Assembly (NCBI RefSeq): GCF_003704095.1
Contig: NW_020844919.1
Location: forward strand, 1 to 64,000
Source: Pocillopora damicornis
Taxonomy: Eukaryota
DNA length: 64,000 nt
Direction: 5' to 3'
Shown: piece by piece, positions 39,501 through 52,493 of the stretch
How the letters are laid out: every line of letters begins with the position of its first letter
Numbering within the stretch: position 1 is the stretch's first letter
Notes under the pieces: model-generated
Seen by the model: the letters and a program-made list of their open reading frames with translations, nothing else
Told to the model about the DNA's origin: nothing
Databases searched by the model: none
Translations under genes and position numbers: made by a program

Positions 39501-39681
39501 TCAAAACATGCAACCTGGGAAAGATTTACCGTTTTCATGAAAAAACCGCTGCCTGAGCTCATCGATTCGTTTGGCCTCTAACTCATTCTGTCAAAAAAGA
39601 GAGAAACCGGTGGTATTTATTAATCTCGAAATCAAAACAAAATGCAAAATGCATGAATTGCAAGATTACCTCCTCTGCCAT
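30547..39681 (-). CDS. MOSPD2: Motile sperm domain-containing protein 2 (CRAL-TRIO + MSP + coiled coil + C-terminal TM), 20 exons
   Basis: In-frame exon chain: MAEE|NELEAKRIDELRQRF, EQDVKRVRDEDFWLSCFL, ECLRWRKSFGVN, RDKDGN, FLFDMQDTGLSNM|DLDFVKFIISCFRDYFP, EMPWILS|ATWKIVKSWLSPEA, RLGGT|DPYEYSYPP (CRAL-TRIO); PAEELVF...VAFK|VKTTSPESYRVRPSSGII, DKFLVM...EHR|LRC (MSP); ends QLGLFSAMIVLFAIVMYYATFLI* at 30547. Last intron is GC-AG. Confidence 0.93.
32250..32391. mobile_element. Palindromic CpG-rich MITE (Harbinger-like) in a MOSPD2 intron
   Basis: GACACACTTCCCGATTTTAT and ATAAAATCGCCAAGTGTGTC are inverted termini, with internal inverted ATCGCC/GGCGAT motifs. Confidence 0.65.
35796..35913. mobile_element. 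Fold-back MITE with 9-bp target duplication (Mutator-like)
   Basis: The whole element is an inverted repeat (CATCCT...AGGATG; perfect 19-bp inner arms AGTCAGGGTGGAAGAGCCC/GGGCTCTTCCACCCTGACT), flanked by ATGTCCTAC (35787-35795) and ATGTCCTGC (35914-35922). Confidence 0.8.
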
Positions 39682-39960
39682 CTTTGAGTCACGGGTTTCA
39701 TCGGTTTCTGTCGGAAGAACTCAGATTAGTTCGTGAATTTCTCGGACTATATTCGTCGCCGATCTACTCAGGTCGGGAGAGATGGCGGGAAATTCGCGTT
39801 CAGCTCACCTGTTTAATTCTTACAGGTAGGTTTTACCATAAAACTGTCTACAAAATGCATTTTTGATGAGACCTTCAACTGAGAAGATCTTTCCCATAAA
39901 CGAACTGCAAAATGACGTGACTTCGTAGGTGTAAATTACATTTCGTTCGAAACGACAGGT
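39682..39960. promoter_or_regulatory. Probable bidirectional promoter between MOSPD2 and the BPI/LBP-like gene
   Basis: Divergent ATGs 280 bp apart; CpG-retaining sequence with TGGCGGGAAA (E2F-like) and TGACGTGA (CRE-like) motifs. Confidence 0.55.
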
Positions 39961-42900
39961 ATGGAAGAACCGTTCATCAAAGGAACACTGTTTCAAAGAG
40001 TATTCGTTTTGTTTTCGTCGGTAATTTTTGTCGTTGAACATTGTTCAGCCAAAAATATCGACATCGACTTGAATTTGGCACCAGAATGGAAACGAGAAAT
40101 TACTCAGAGAGCGTCGGATTACGGTAAAAATTTATTCGTTGAGAAGATCAAGTTCTGTTACCTATGTTAAATTTAATATCAATCGATATCACAATCTTTC
40201 CCTGCTCTTTGTATCTTGGCAGAGAACAACTTGAACTGACGCTAACGAGGCATTGGTGCTCTTTTTAAAAGCTTAAAGCAATGTGCTGTGAAATTTGTTT
40301 ACCAATTTATATTTAATTTTATACAGTCTACATCACTGATCGTTCTCTCTCGAATGAATGAATCATCGCTCTGCATAAACGACGGGAAAGGTTCCAGATC
40401 TTAATAAGCCTCGACAGCTAACCGCTCCGTTGGAAATAGGCCATCAATAGGGCCTCATATACTCACCGTTATCTTAAGGAAAATGTCAGTGATATTTTTT
40501 TATTTGTTAAGTACACCATAGGGTGCCAATTTGCACTTCGGCTGGTGGTTAATAGAGGTCACCTTGATTAGCGTTTCACTTCTGAGGACTTGTGGTTTGC
40601 AGGTTCCATAATTTTTTGGATAGGTTGAAAGCTTAAAAAAGCAGATCAATTTACGTGTAGAACGAATCAAATGATTTTCCATCAACTTATAGAAGCTATG
40701 CATACTTTTAAGTAGGCTAGAATGTTTTGGTTATGCCATTTGGAGGTGATGATACCAAACTTCGTCAGCTGGTGAATGTGATTAAAAATCATATCCCCTC
40801 TCTATCCTATCATTTAATCTAATTTTAAGCTGGTAGATTTGTGAAAAAATGGTATGTGGTTAAAGTTGGATTGGGTTTGCTTTGTAATTTTTCACCATTC
40901 ATCTTCACATTTCTGTAACTGTAACTGAAATTTGGGGAGCAGAGATAGTGCAGATCTCCTGCTGCTGTATCCAGATGTTTATTAGTGGACCCTGTGTCAC
41001 ATACGAGTCCAGTTAATTCAATTTATAATTTTAACTTTTTTGCTTTTGATATTACAGATCTCTTCAAAATTTGTATTTGCATAACTTTTTAGGCTGATTT
41101 CCAATGGTTTTTTCTCAACTTTACAGTGGACCACATCATTCTTCCATTCATTTCTAAAGAACTCAATGATTTATCAGTTCCCAATCTTTCTGGAACCATC
41201 AAAACTCCATTAGGAAATGTGCAGTACGATCTCAACCAGTAAGTTCTTTTTTAAAACGTCTCAAGATCAACCTGGATATGGAAATTTGTTTAATTTTTCC
41301 TAGACTGTATGCATAACTGTACCAACTTTTATCAATATTTTAACCAGATGAGTGAATTGTTTGAATCATAGTTTCAAATTAGTCCAGTCTTATACTATAC
41401 AATTTGATGTATATTTTTAGGATCAAGTTGTCCGATGTAGTGATTAAGAAGACCAATGTTTCACTATTAGCTGATCACGGGTTACGGATTTCTGCTAATG
41501 AAGCCTCAGGAAATATGGCAGCTAATTGGCACTACAAAGAGAACTCTTGGTTTGTTGTCTGTAGATATGTTTCTTAAGTTGTTTTGAGGGAGAAAAAATG
41601 ATAGAAAAAAATTAAAATTAAAAAAAAATATATGATTTAAATCAAAATTGCATTGTCTACATTTTAGGGGCAAGGTGGTTGAGAGCATTGTTTTATTATT
41701 ACTAGTTGTAACCTTCAGTTGATGATTTTCTTCTGGAAAATGGATATTTTGCATGAGTCTTGCGGTATATTGGACTAAATCAGCTCTGCTCTGGTTATAA
41801 TGTCAATCCAGTGATTTAGCATACAGAAGGAAGGGATCACTTGAGAAGAAAGCCCCCTCTTCCCCCCCCCCCTACCTAAGCTCTGATATTCATTCTATTG
41901 CTGGGCTCCTGCTGAACCTTATTGTGTGGCCAGACAGTCCTCTAGACTAGAATTGCCTTCTGCTGTGTTGAGAATTGGTAAAAAGTACTGTCTGTGTGTG
42001 CATGGGTATTTCTGAGTAAGACTGAAGGAGTCTATACTACTGAACTCAGCTCTGCTCCGGGAAAACCCTGATCAGTTGGCCAATTATTGTACATTGGTTA
42101 CTGTCTATTGTGCTACAGATACAATTTTACCATCAGTTCCAAAATCTAAGATTTAAGAGATTGTGAGTATATTAATTTTTTGAATTGTTTTTGTTGATAA
42201 GGCCTCACATCTCTGATTCAGGATCATGTGACCTATCAATCAAAGACCTGTCACTTGGAATGGCTTTCTATGTTGATGGTTAGTACAAGCCTACAAGTGA
42301 GATCCTATTTCATGAAATGCATACTTTTTAATCCTAAGTGGAGGCTTTGTGATTTTTAAAATTTACAAGATTTTCTGAACATTTCTCCAAGTATCCTGTT
42401 ATGGATCACCTTTGTACAGATTCACCAAACTCTGTAACTACCAGTGAATAACTTTATATTCTAAATATTTTATTATGTCTGGCATTGAAGGTAACTTGGG
42501 AGAGAAGAAGGGAAAAGTCAGTGCAAAAGACTGTACCATGAAAATTGGCTCTGTGCATATCAAGTTCAAAGGAGGTGCAAGGTAATGATTTATGTTGCAA
42601 CTGCATACATCATAGTTGAAGAAACAACAGTTATAATGATGGTCTAAAGCTTTACCACTCCACCTTCTATAGCGGGAAGCAACTAATTTTGCTGATTTCT
42701 GCCTGATTCAAATCCTACCTGTGTAGATAACACTTTTGGAAGGATATTTCCAGGAATAGGGCCAAAATATGCAAAATCCAGTTTTTGACTCAATTTGAGT
42801 AGAATAATATAGGGTTTTCATATTATATCTTGGTGAAGAGGTTGGTTTCACTTCCAGAAGAGACCAAAGAGGTAATTTCTCTACATAATAACAATATACT

Positions 42901-43783
42901 TTCAAGTTCAGGTGACAACCAGGAACAAACTATGATTAATATTGATTTAATACTAGATTTGCAGAACTCAAACCATAAGCAATGTATGGGAGAAAGTGGA
43001 AAGAGTAAATTCTCAAGTAGTGCTAGATCTTGAGTGTGAAATACTTAATTCAATATTTTCCTTCCACAAGCTGGTTGTAATTTTTATGTAATTTTAATTA
43101 TTTTTTCACAAGCTGGTTGTATAATTTATTTGCCGATGGCTTAGCATCAAGCCTTAAAGACCAACTCTCCGCTCAGGTAAAAGTCACTGGTAATAACATT
43201 TAAATTTATTCATAACTGTGAAGTGATTTTTTATAAATTTTTAATTTAATTTTTTCAACCCAATTATGTGTCAATTAAAACACTGACAAGTACTGTATTT
43301 CAGCACAAGAGCTCACACATTTTTCTGAGTACTGATCCCATCATTCTTTCCCAACTTTTTTCAAACCAACATGACTGTTTTCTGGAATGAAGGTTTTGAG
43401 TCAAATCACATGGCTTGTTGAGCAATGATAGCAGTTGTGAGAGTGCCACAAAGTTGATATTATCTGACTACACTAGTAAAACATTTTAGCAGATGATAAT
43501 CCAACATGTACATATAAAGCTAATCCATTCTCCATCCTTCAGAGTTTCACAGTTTGATGATGAATGATTTCCATATTTTTTTTCCAAAAATACAAAACTT
43601 GTTTGTATCGAGTACACACTGATTGACTACCAGTTGTTAGTAAAATTAACATCAATTTCCATATTTTCTCACTTTTAATTGTAGATCTGTAAGACTGCTA
43701 TCAGCCTGATTAGCTCCAAAGCTACTCAAGCCTTAGACAATTTCCCTTCAATTATGAGGAAGTTTCATGGAGTGCAAGACTGA
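39961..43783 (+). CDS. Secreted BPI/LBP (TULIP-fold) family protein, N-terminal domain only, 7 exons, 244 aa
   Basis: Exons 39961-40123, 41127-41238, 41421-41549, 42202-42278, 42491-42581, 43113-43176, 43685-43783 (735 nt, in frame). Signal peptide, then ITQRASDY, LSVPNLSG..LGNVQYDL, ANWHYKENSWPHISDSGSCD, KDC...IKFKGGASWLYNLF, QIC (conserved Cys pair), then stop. Confidence 0.87.
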
Positions 43784-44841
43784 ATGGAAGGAGTTGAGAG
43801 AAAATCCTAGCCCAGCTTTATTTTCCAAAGTGCTTTCATTGTTACTTGTGAAAAAAATATAAATACAGGGCTGTAGGCAATGTCCATAGATTATCCATGA
43901 AATTGGTAATGACTTAAACTTATCAGGTAGAAGTTTCCATCTTGATCTAACGCCACATTCTTGTAACTATATACAAGGAAATGTGTGGCAGAAGGAGGGA
44001 TCAATTAAAGATCAGATCTTGGGACATTGTACCACCAGGTCAGCAAAAAATGCTGGTAATCAAATCACTGTTTAGTCACCAAATATTATATTTTTATTAC
44101 TACAAGTGGAAACAGATGTGTACTTGTGCAAAGAGAAGTCTTGCAATGAATGTTGGATGATATTTATGACAAATCCAATAAAACTTTACAATGTTTATAT
44201 ACAGATCTGGGCTCACGCTTGTCTGTGGGAAATGGTCAGTTCAGCTCCTTAGACTAATCCTTGCTACTTATCATGCAGTAAAAAGTAAAGCAACTGTTTT
44301 GCACCATGTAATAATTTACTTTATTTTACATTTCTGCATAATTTCCAACCTGTATATAATATTTTCCATCATAGAAAATTGCATCCCAATGAAAGACTGA
44401 CAAACATTTTCTCAACTAGTTTAAATGACATCTTACAATTATATTTAAGGTAAAAGGAAGCTCATTGGTATGATCTCTATATCTATCAATTAATATCTTT
44501 TCCAAAGACCTTTGCATATTCACTTGAACAGGCTAGTTACATGCACATATCTCTTTGTTGCTGTAGTCCTGGCTCCATTTTAATTACTGAAATGCACGGT
44601 CAAGTGTCATAGATTTATCAAAAATTATAGATACACTATGTACATCCAGAAATGTGTCCCAAGTTCTGATGCATCATGAGATAAGAACCTTTCTGAGCAC
44701 TGCAATTATTCTGGTTTTTCCATAGTATAGCACCCACTCTATTTCAGCCTTATGAAGAGGACTTCCACTATGCTGGCTAACATCTTTTTTATGATCCATG
44801 GGTCAACATCCTCTGATCTCCAGAAATTTCCTGCCTGACAT

Positions 44842-47800
44842 TCAGCTAATAGTTTGAGGCAAGCTGGCAGTCTGAGTCACCACTCTATACTCATAAAAGT
44901 GCAAAAATGTCTGCCCTATGTTCCAGCCCACAGCAAGAGATACAATGTACCCCATCACTACCAACAAGACAGGATATAGTAGCACTACAGTACTTCGAAG
45001 AAATGGTAATGCTGTGGATATTTATGAAAAAAAAAAATCAAAGAGAAGTTAATAATCAAATACTCATGCAATGCAAGCAATTAAATTATTTTGAATGTTC
45101 ATGAAATTTTCATGGCTCATCGATTGAAAGGGTTGGCAGTCATTTTCACAGTTAATAACTTTTGAAGCTCATCAATTTTACATTTATGAGGCTCAAGTAA
45201 ATGCTCCTCTGAACAAAAAACTTTGTGAAAGTATATTTAAGTTTAGTGTTAAATGGGAAAGACATTGCTAACAGAGGCAGGAGGTTGTTATATCACAGCA
45301 ATGAAAACATCAACAGGTTTAAAAGACATCATCACTCCAAAACAAAGTAATCTGACCAAAATACATTACAAGTAAAAGAACTTATGTCAGTAATAATTTT
45401 CCTTTAAAGGTAACTCAAAGTGATATCCCCAACAAGGACAAAATATCAGTGAGCAACAGAGCAGCATTGCAACTGCAAGCTACATCACTGATAGTCAGAA
45501 TTATAAGGAGAAATCATACTACTTATACATATCTGAAGAAGTAAAAACTCACCGCTGTATCCTAGGAAAGAAATATAAATATAATACACCAAAGCTATGA
45601 GCCAAAGAGAGTTTCCAATAAACCTTGATATGAACCAAGGATTGTCTATGATGACTAAAAGAGACAAGGAGAGAGTTAAGGTTATTTATTAGACCAACTA
45701 TGAAAAGCTACCATGGTGCTGTCCTCACCCTTATTTGTCCTTTTAANNNNNNNNNNNNNNNNNNNNNNNNNNNNNNNNNNNNNNNNNNNNNNNNNNNNNN
45801 NNNNNNNNNNNNNNNNNNNNNNNNNNNNNNNNNNNNNNNNNNNNNNNNNNNNNNNNNNNNNNNNNNNNNNNNNNNNNACAGACCTTTTGCCTAGCTTTGC
45901 AAAAGGGAAATGCATAATACAAGTCATTCATATTCTAGTACTTCTCAAAGTAACACTCCTGGGATATTGCCACATCCATGTACTACTCCAATACTACAAG
46001 ACTAACTGAAGATAATTTGCATAGCCTTTGATGAAAGGGGCAGAGTGATTCCCTAAAACTAGCATTAAACTAAATGTACATGAATTGCCAAACAGCTTCC
46101 TAGAAAATTCATCTAACATATCTAAACATCACATGCTTTTGAAAACAAATGCAAAACATCAGAAAACCATCACCACACGAAATATTTATAAATATAATTA
46201 TGTTGTGCTTTGATATCAACTCTGGTTCAAGTATTGATAACCTTTGTTCAAAACTCATCAATGAATGTTAGTATTAAAACTACTCCTCAAACAAGGAATA
46301 AGAAATGCAATATACACTTCAAGTTACTATACACAATTAAAGTGATCATCCATTTCAGCTACTAACAACTGGTTAACAGAAAAAGCATATTTACTCTTCA
46401 TACAAAAGAGTTGGATGACATGTAATATTAACAGCAAAGGGAAGAAAGCATTTAGGTGAACATCAAATGCATAGGCCCATTCTACTCTTTGTCCTGGATC
46501 ATGTGCAGTGGATATCCTCAGGTATCTGTTGCAAAAGAACCTATAGAGGTAAAAGAACCATTATCAGATACAGTAGCTTACTTAACAAAGCATCAAATAA
46601 TATTTTTTCCATCAAACAAGCTCAGAAGAAGATACAACAAGCAATCAAAGACAAGCAGATTCATTTTTAGTGAGTGACTTTCACTCGCATTTAAATATGA
46701 GACGAGAATTCAAGCAGAATGTTTGCCAAATGGCTACCAAAGGAGAGGATGTGGTCAAAATAATAAGCAAACTCAATAGCCTTGTGGTACTAACTTACCA
46801 TAATAATGATGCGATAATGAGACCCACAGCAATGCAATCCACAAATACAACCCATAATAAAAACTTTAAAAATCCTAAAAAGGGTAGCTTCAACATAACA
46901 GCAAAGCCAATAGAAGATGCTGAGGATGTAAAAGGAAACAAGGACTAGTTGAGTGCTGAAGGAAAACAAAACACTGCAACCAAATTCACCAGTCAATTAT
47001 TTTGAGTGCAAAATTACTTATGAACAAAAGCTACATCAGATTGACAGAATTAACTTGTCAATGTCAATAAGCTTTCATACCATTTTCTGAAGAACACTTA
47101 AAAGTAATCTAAACTGAAGACAATTTGACTTATGTCAAGTTATCAAATTATTCTTCGGTCTTAACCAGTCACATTCAGTTCTCTCAAAACCATTCCACTA
47201 TAACCTCAAACTCAGGGTGACTCTGATTTTATTTTGTTCCCTGCTTGTTAGATTTTTCTTACGCTAACCATTTACTTCCAGTCATATAGAAATAGAACTT
47301 CTAAGAGCACATGATCCTGTTCAGGGACTTGTCACCAACCCCATTTTAAATCTAATTCCCTATTAAACAGATGTTCAACATCTCCTTTCCTGTGACAAAT
47401 ACTGGTACAAAAGGGTAACTAATACATGAAACAAGTGTCTGCAGTGCTGGTTACTTACCACACAACCAAATACTAAGCAACACAAGAAAAGCAGGATCAT
47501 CCCTTGCCCACTGGTCTTTTGTTTCTGTATGAGACAGGAAAGTCAACTATATGTTCCAGTAATAATCACAAAACGAGCTTCTGATAGAAGTTTCTTTTAA
47601 AAAAACAAGGCAGTGCTTATACATGCCAAAAAATATAATTCTAACATACCTCTAGAAAATGTTCTTTACTGAAAAAATACACTAAAAATATACAGATTTT
47701 CAGTAACAGCAGTACACCTTGAGGTGAGCCATTTTGACAAGTAAGTGTCTTCTGAATTGTCATTTGATAAAATAAAGGATGCAGAATAAATTGCCATACA

Positions 47801-49424
47801 CTACTACCAAAAGAACAAAACATGTTTAGTCTAAATATTGAGTGAGTAATGCAGTAGTGCAGTGATGATTGAAATCTGACAAGGAAACGAGTATGAAAAG
47901 CCATGCCAGGAGAGAGCTTTTGTCACTTGAGTAAAATAACCATGGTTTACATCTACAAGGTACTTACGTTTGTGGTAATGAAAATTTCTGTATCTGAAAA
48001 CAGTAAAAGACCAAGAACAACATTGATTATGAATATAATTATTTGAGCAAAGCAAGTATGGGGTGTTGCTTTACAATACACCCTTCTAGGAGGGGGGTCT
48101 AAGGGCATGCTCCTGCATAATTTGAAATTTGAAGTTCTCTGAAATGTGATATCTGGCATTCAGGGATGTATGTGAGTAACTTTTTGTTTTATCCAGCCAC
48201 TGATGTCTGCAGTTTTTGCCATCTACTAGCTTCTGATGACAACCTCAGATCACATACTTTAATTGCATTCAATGGAGGCAAAGAAACTTGAACTGTGTCT
48301 CGGTCAATATACGTCAAGGATGCTTCTTTGAGGGTGAATAATATGACAGATTTGCAGGCTCCAATAGCATTGCAATAAAAATCTAAACTCTACTCATAAC
48401 AACCAAACAGTTGGTCATCAAAAGAGAGTTTTGGACGATGGTAAACATAACCACAACTTGAATGGATTCAACATCAGATTCACGTCATTATCAGAGTAAC
48501 TTAAATAACTGATGACGTCTTTGTCTCTGGTTTTCAAAATGTCTGTCACTGTCTACAACTACAGCCTTTTTTGGAACTTCTCTTGAGCAGATGAATCAGA
48601 CTACCAAGTCTACTGCTAGTGCTGTACATGTACTTCTGTATTCAAGGCATTGACTTACCTATGAGCACACCTTTTGATGTTTCAAAAAACAGTAGAACAA
48701 CAGAATACAGGGCCACTTATCAACTTGTCATTCAATCAAAGTGTTCAGCCTAGTTCTTCAAAACATGCCGACGAGGTGGACCTCAGTGGCTCTGTATTCT
48801 GTAGTTGCTCTCAAAAAACTGCTAGAAATATTAGGACAGTGTGATAACTGTGACAGAAAATAAAGTGAAATTTTATGTTACAAATTAAAGAATAATTTGA
48901 CAAAAAAAGGAAGAATCAACAAGAGGAAAAAGTTTCATTTCGAGAACGTATATCTTAACTTTCACACCAATTAAAATGAACTGGTTTCAACCGTCACATC
49001 AGGTGAACAGCTCATCAAAGTCATTCATGACTACAAACTCGCATGTTTTAGAAAAAAATTATGTGTTCTCAATTAAGCATAAGCTTTCGCAGGTAAAATG
49101 TACGGTACTATGTTTATAAGGTCTCGCTTTCTGGCAGACACGTCAAGCTGACACAGCCAATTATACAAGCGTGGCAACCTTAAAATAAGCTGGCAAGTCA
49201 AAAATTTCGCCCCGTATGTTGAAATCATGGAAGAAATAACAACATACTTACACTTTTCTTGGTGATACGCAAAGGTAGAGCATCTGCCATAGGGCAAATT
49301 CAAAATCCATATGCCGATATTTTAAGATCCGACGAAGAAACTTGTACTGCATCGAGGTCGACATACATCGCGAACGCTTCTTTGAGGGCGAATGATAAGA
49401 CGAATTTGCAGGCTCCGGTAGCAT
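44842..49424 (-). CDS. UNC50: UNC-50 homologue, 7 coding exons
   Basis: MLPEP...YKFLRRILKYRHMDFEFALWQMLYLCVSPRKV|YRNFHYHK|QTKDQWARDDPAFLVLLSIWLC|...WVVFVDCIAVGLII|...VEWAYAFDVHLNAFFPLL|...GNSLWLIALVYYIYISFLGYS|ALPFLRSTVVLLYP...GWN...FYEYRV...*. Exons near 49424-49252, 47993-47968, 47524-47458, 46919-46799, 46540-46395, 45654-45553, 45011-44842. Confidence 0.95.
48281..48432 (-). pseudogene. Decayed partial copy of the first coding exon and leader of UNC50, inside the following intron
   Basis: Aligns by eye with 49335-49487: AAGAAACTTG...GCTTCTTTGAGGG.GAAT...ATTTGCAGGCTCC..TAGCATTGCAATAAAAT...AACCAAACAG...GTCAT.AAAAGAGA. Confidence 0.8.
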
Positions 49425-51105
49425 TGCAATAAAATATCTATATTCTATTTGTAATAACCAAACAGTCTGTCATTAAAAGAGATTTTTGATTTATACGCCA
49501 AATTATCTTGTACCTTAGCAGTAAGACTGCACAACAAGTTTGTTTTCGGTTAATATTCTGCGCATGCGTTGACACGTCAAAGTTTTCCATGATTCTTTGC
49601 AGGGAAATTTCCCTCGTGACATGTCACGCAAAATCACAAACACGTCACGCAGAAAGGATACTGGGCAAAAGCACTGTTTCCCCAATCTCAAATCGAAACG
49701 AAAACAATCAGAAGAATGTATCATCAGCCTTTCTCAATTCTTAGGCAAATCAGTAATATTTGGGAAGTTATCATCACGTATAATTGGTTATTCACCATCC
49801 AATAAAATTGTCACGTTACATATCATTACTTAATATTTGTACTCCATGGAGTCTTCTTAATCTTTATATCATGTGCTTAGCTGATTAGAATCGGAATGAC
49901 TGTAAGCGAACTTGCGTACTGAAATTGGACGAAATGAAGGGTTGATGAATGGATATATGTGCGAGTTAAACACTTGTCACCCTTAGTTTGGTGACCATTT
50001 CAGAGGTACATTTGATGAGGAATCGGAGTAATCAAGGAGTAAACTTATTGGAAAGCATCAAATATGATCCGCACTTACTTAATTGGCTTTTTTGTCATTA
50101 TCAAACCGAAACTGTAGCTGTCATATTACATTCGATAAAGGCTCATACTATTTTAAACGCCCATTTTATTGAATTAAATGTTCTTAAAATCATATATTAA
50201 TACAGCTGCATGGTAACTTTCACTAAAAATTGTACTTATGTTACGGTACAGGAGCCCATGGGTCCTGACTATATCAATTCTGAAACGACAGAAAAATAAA
50301 ATTACCCCAATATCTCTATAAAGCTTCTCTAAACGGCCGGTCTTTGCCGACAACAACTAACTCTGCTGGTGGGCTTATTCATCTTCACGTAACGTTTATA
50401 TATAAGGCATTTTAGAAAATACAAAATAACTATCATGGTTGCATTACATCAATTTTTGCATCGCTTAGTACTTTAAAAAAGACTGAAAATCTCTTACAAA
50501 CCACGAAATCATTGTAAATATGCAGAAATTAATTAATAAAGAGGAATGATTTTGAGAAAGCTGCTGATCTTGGAAAATCCTTTTTTTAAAGAGAGTTTTT
50601 CAAGCATTAAGTGCACCTGTTTTTCGTATGGGAAAGGTAATTTATTTCACGCCTGACAAACGGTCAGGGTGAAAGTTCTTCCGCCTTGTTCCGTTCACGT
50701 TTTACGTGTGGACATGCTACGTTGACGTTAGCGTCTCAAGTCTGCCATGAGTGAGTCTCGCTGGTAAGCTTACGTAGACTTTTGAGATAACTAGATACAT
50801 GAGCCTAGAAACGTTTGTATACTATACAACAATCAGCTAGCTAACTACTCCCCATATCAAAATTTCATGATCTTTAAACGGTACTTTTCGGGTTGAAAAA
50901 TAGATGTAATAATGACAAATGGTTACCGCCACAGTCAGAAATAAAGAGGACACACGGTAAGACCGCAGTTCAGTACATTTTACAATTTAANNNNNNNNNN
51001 NNNNNNNNNNNNNNNNNNNNNNNNNNNNNNNNNNNNNNNNNNNNNNNNNNNNNNNNNNNNNNNNNNNNNNNNNNNNNNNNNNNNNNNNNNTTCTAGGCCA
51101 TTTAC

Positions 51106-52058
51106 CTGTAGTATACAAAAACTGCCGTAGTGCTGAACATTCCAACGAAAGGAGTTAACCATAAGAAAAATCCAGAAATAAGGAGGAGAATGTAAAAAAG
51201 TTGCTCCTCATACACGATACCCAGAACACTTGTCTCATACACTCGCCACTTCACAACGAATGCATAAAAGTACACCATAAGTACTAGGGATACTTCGCCT
51301 CTTAGTGGTGGAAATCCCAGCCAAAAGAAGATGCTAAGGAAGATTATCAGCGCATTCAACCAGTTGGGTAACATCCCAGTAGACTGTTGTATTAACCAGG
51401 GGAAGAAAGTCAAAGCAAGCAGTAACCCGGATAAAATCTTGAAGTAACGGGCAATCGAGCGACGTTTCGTGGGAACGATGGTCTTGATTAAGTAGGACAC
51501 GAGGAATGCGAGGAATAGGCAAGAGAACAAGTAAAACTGCTCGCGCACCTCTGGATGACCGATCTCAAATTGTTGAGTGCAATGTCTCACTGAAGTGTTC
51601 TGTCCTTTTGAAGTTTGAGGGACATCACTGCAATTGAAGCCTTTGCGCATGACCGCGCCAAGCACGTAATCGATGACGTAGGCAGATGGAATAGCGCCAG
51701 CGCTATAGATGATGCAGGGTATGAGGAGATTGACTGTGATCACCAGAAAAACCAGTATGATGCTCTCTAAAATGCCTTGTAATGGATTTTTCCAGTTGCA
51801 TAAGTAACCAGCTCTGCTTCGTATGTGCTCAAAAAAAATTTTATGCCAATCCGGATCATCCGTTCTTTCGTGTCTGTATTTCCAGTCCAAGTAGGCAGCG
51901 GCTGTGTAATTTCCTCCTGAGACGCAGCTCACGTAACCAAATTTAACTTCACGATGTAGAAGCCTTCGCAACACACCTGAGCTCAATGCAGCAGAGCGAA
52001 TTCCACCACCAGAGAAAGCAACGCCAATCTCTTCCTCTGGAATGTGTATCTGTGCCAT
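51106..52058 (-). CDS. Membrane patatin/cPLA2-like lipase, paralogue 1, first coding exon only (interrupted by assembly gap)
   Basis: GVAFSGGGIRSA glycine-rich loop, YVSCVSGG nucleophile Ser, then several hydrophobic segments; AG|GTAAAT donor at 51106/51105, the same position as in paralogue 2; gap begins 15 bp into the intron. Confidence 0.85.
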
Positions 52059-52493
52059 CTCTATCTCTGGTTATTTCTGATGCTGTAATAATTCCCTGGA
52101 AATTCTTGAAAATGAAAAGAACAATTCCAATTACAATCCCGTAGTACTCCTCACTATAGTAGAAATTGCACATTTCCGCCTGAACTGCAGGTAAATAGAT
52201 AACCATTCCTATTATTTCTGTTTTCTCATAACTGGAGCGGGTAAAACAAATTTAAAAATGCTCATTGATAGATATGTAAAGAGATCAATAATAGTATGGA
52301 AGCTGAAGGCTTGCTGGTTTAATTATAAGAGAGTTCCAGCGTCTATACCCGAGTTTCCCAGTACTTATCAACAGTCGTGTTACATGTCACGTGTCTTGCT
52401 ACTTATTGACAGTTGTGTTACATGTCACGTATCCCCCTAATGAGGTCTCATTTGCAAACAGGAAATTGCCATAATTTTTGGGAAACCGCCTTC

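Noticed and set aside
41720-42126. Telomerase RNA or C/D-H/ACA scaRNA
   Set aside because: No CTAACCCTAA template and no convincing box arrangement or guide sequence; better explained as repeat remnants.
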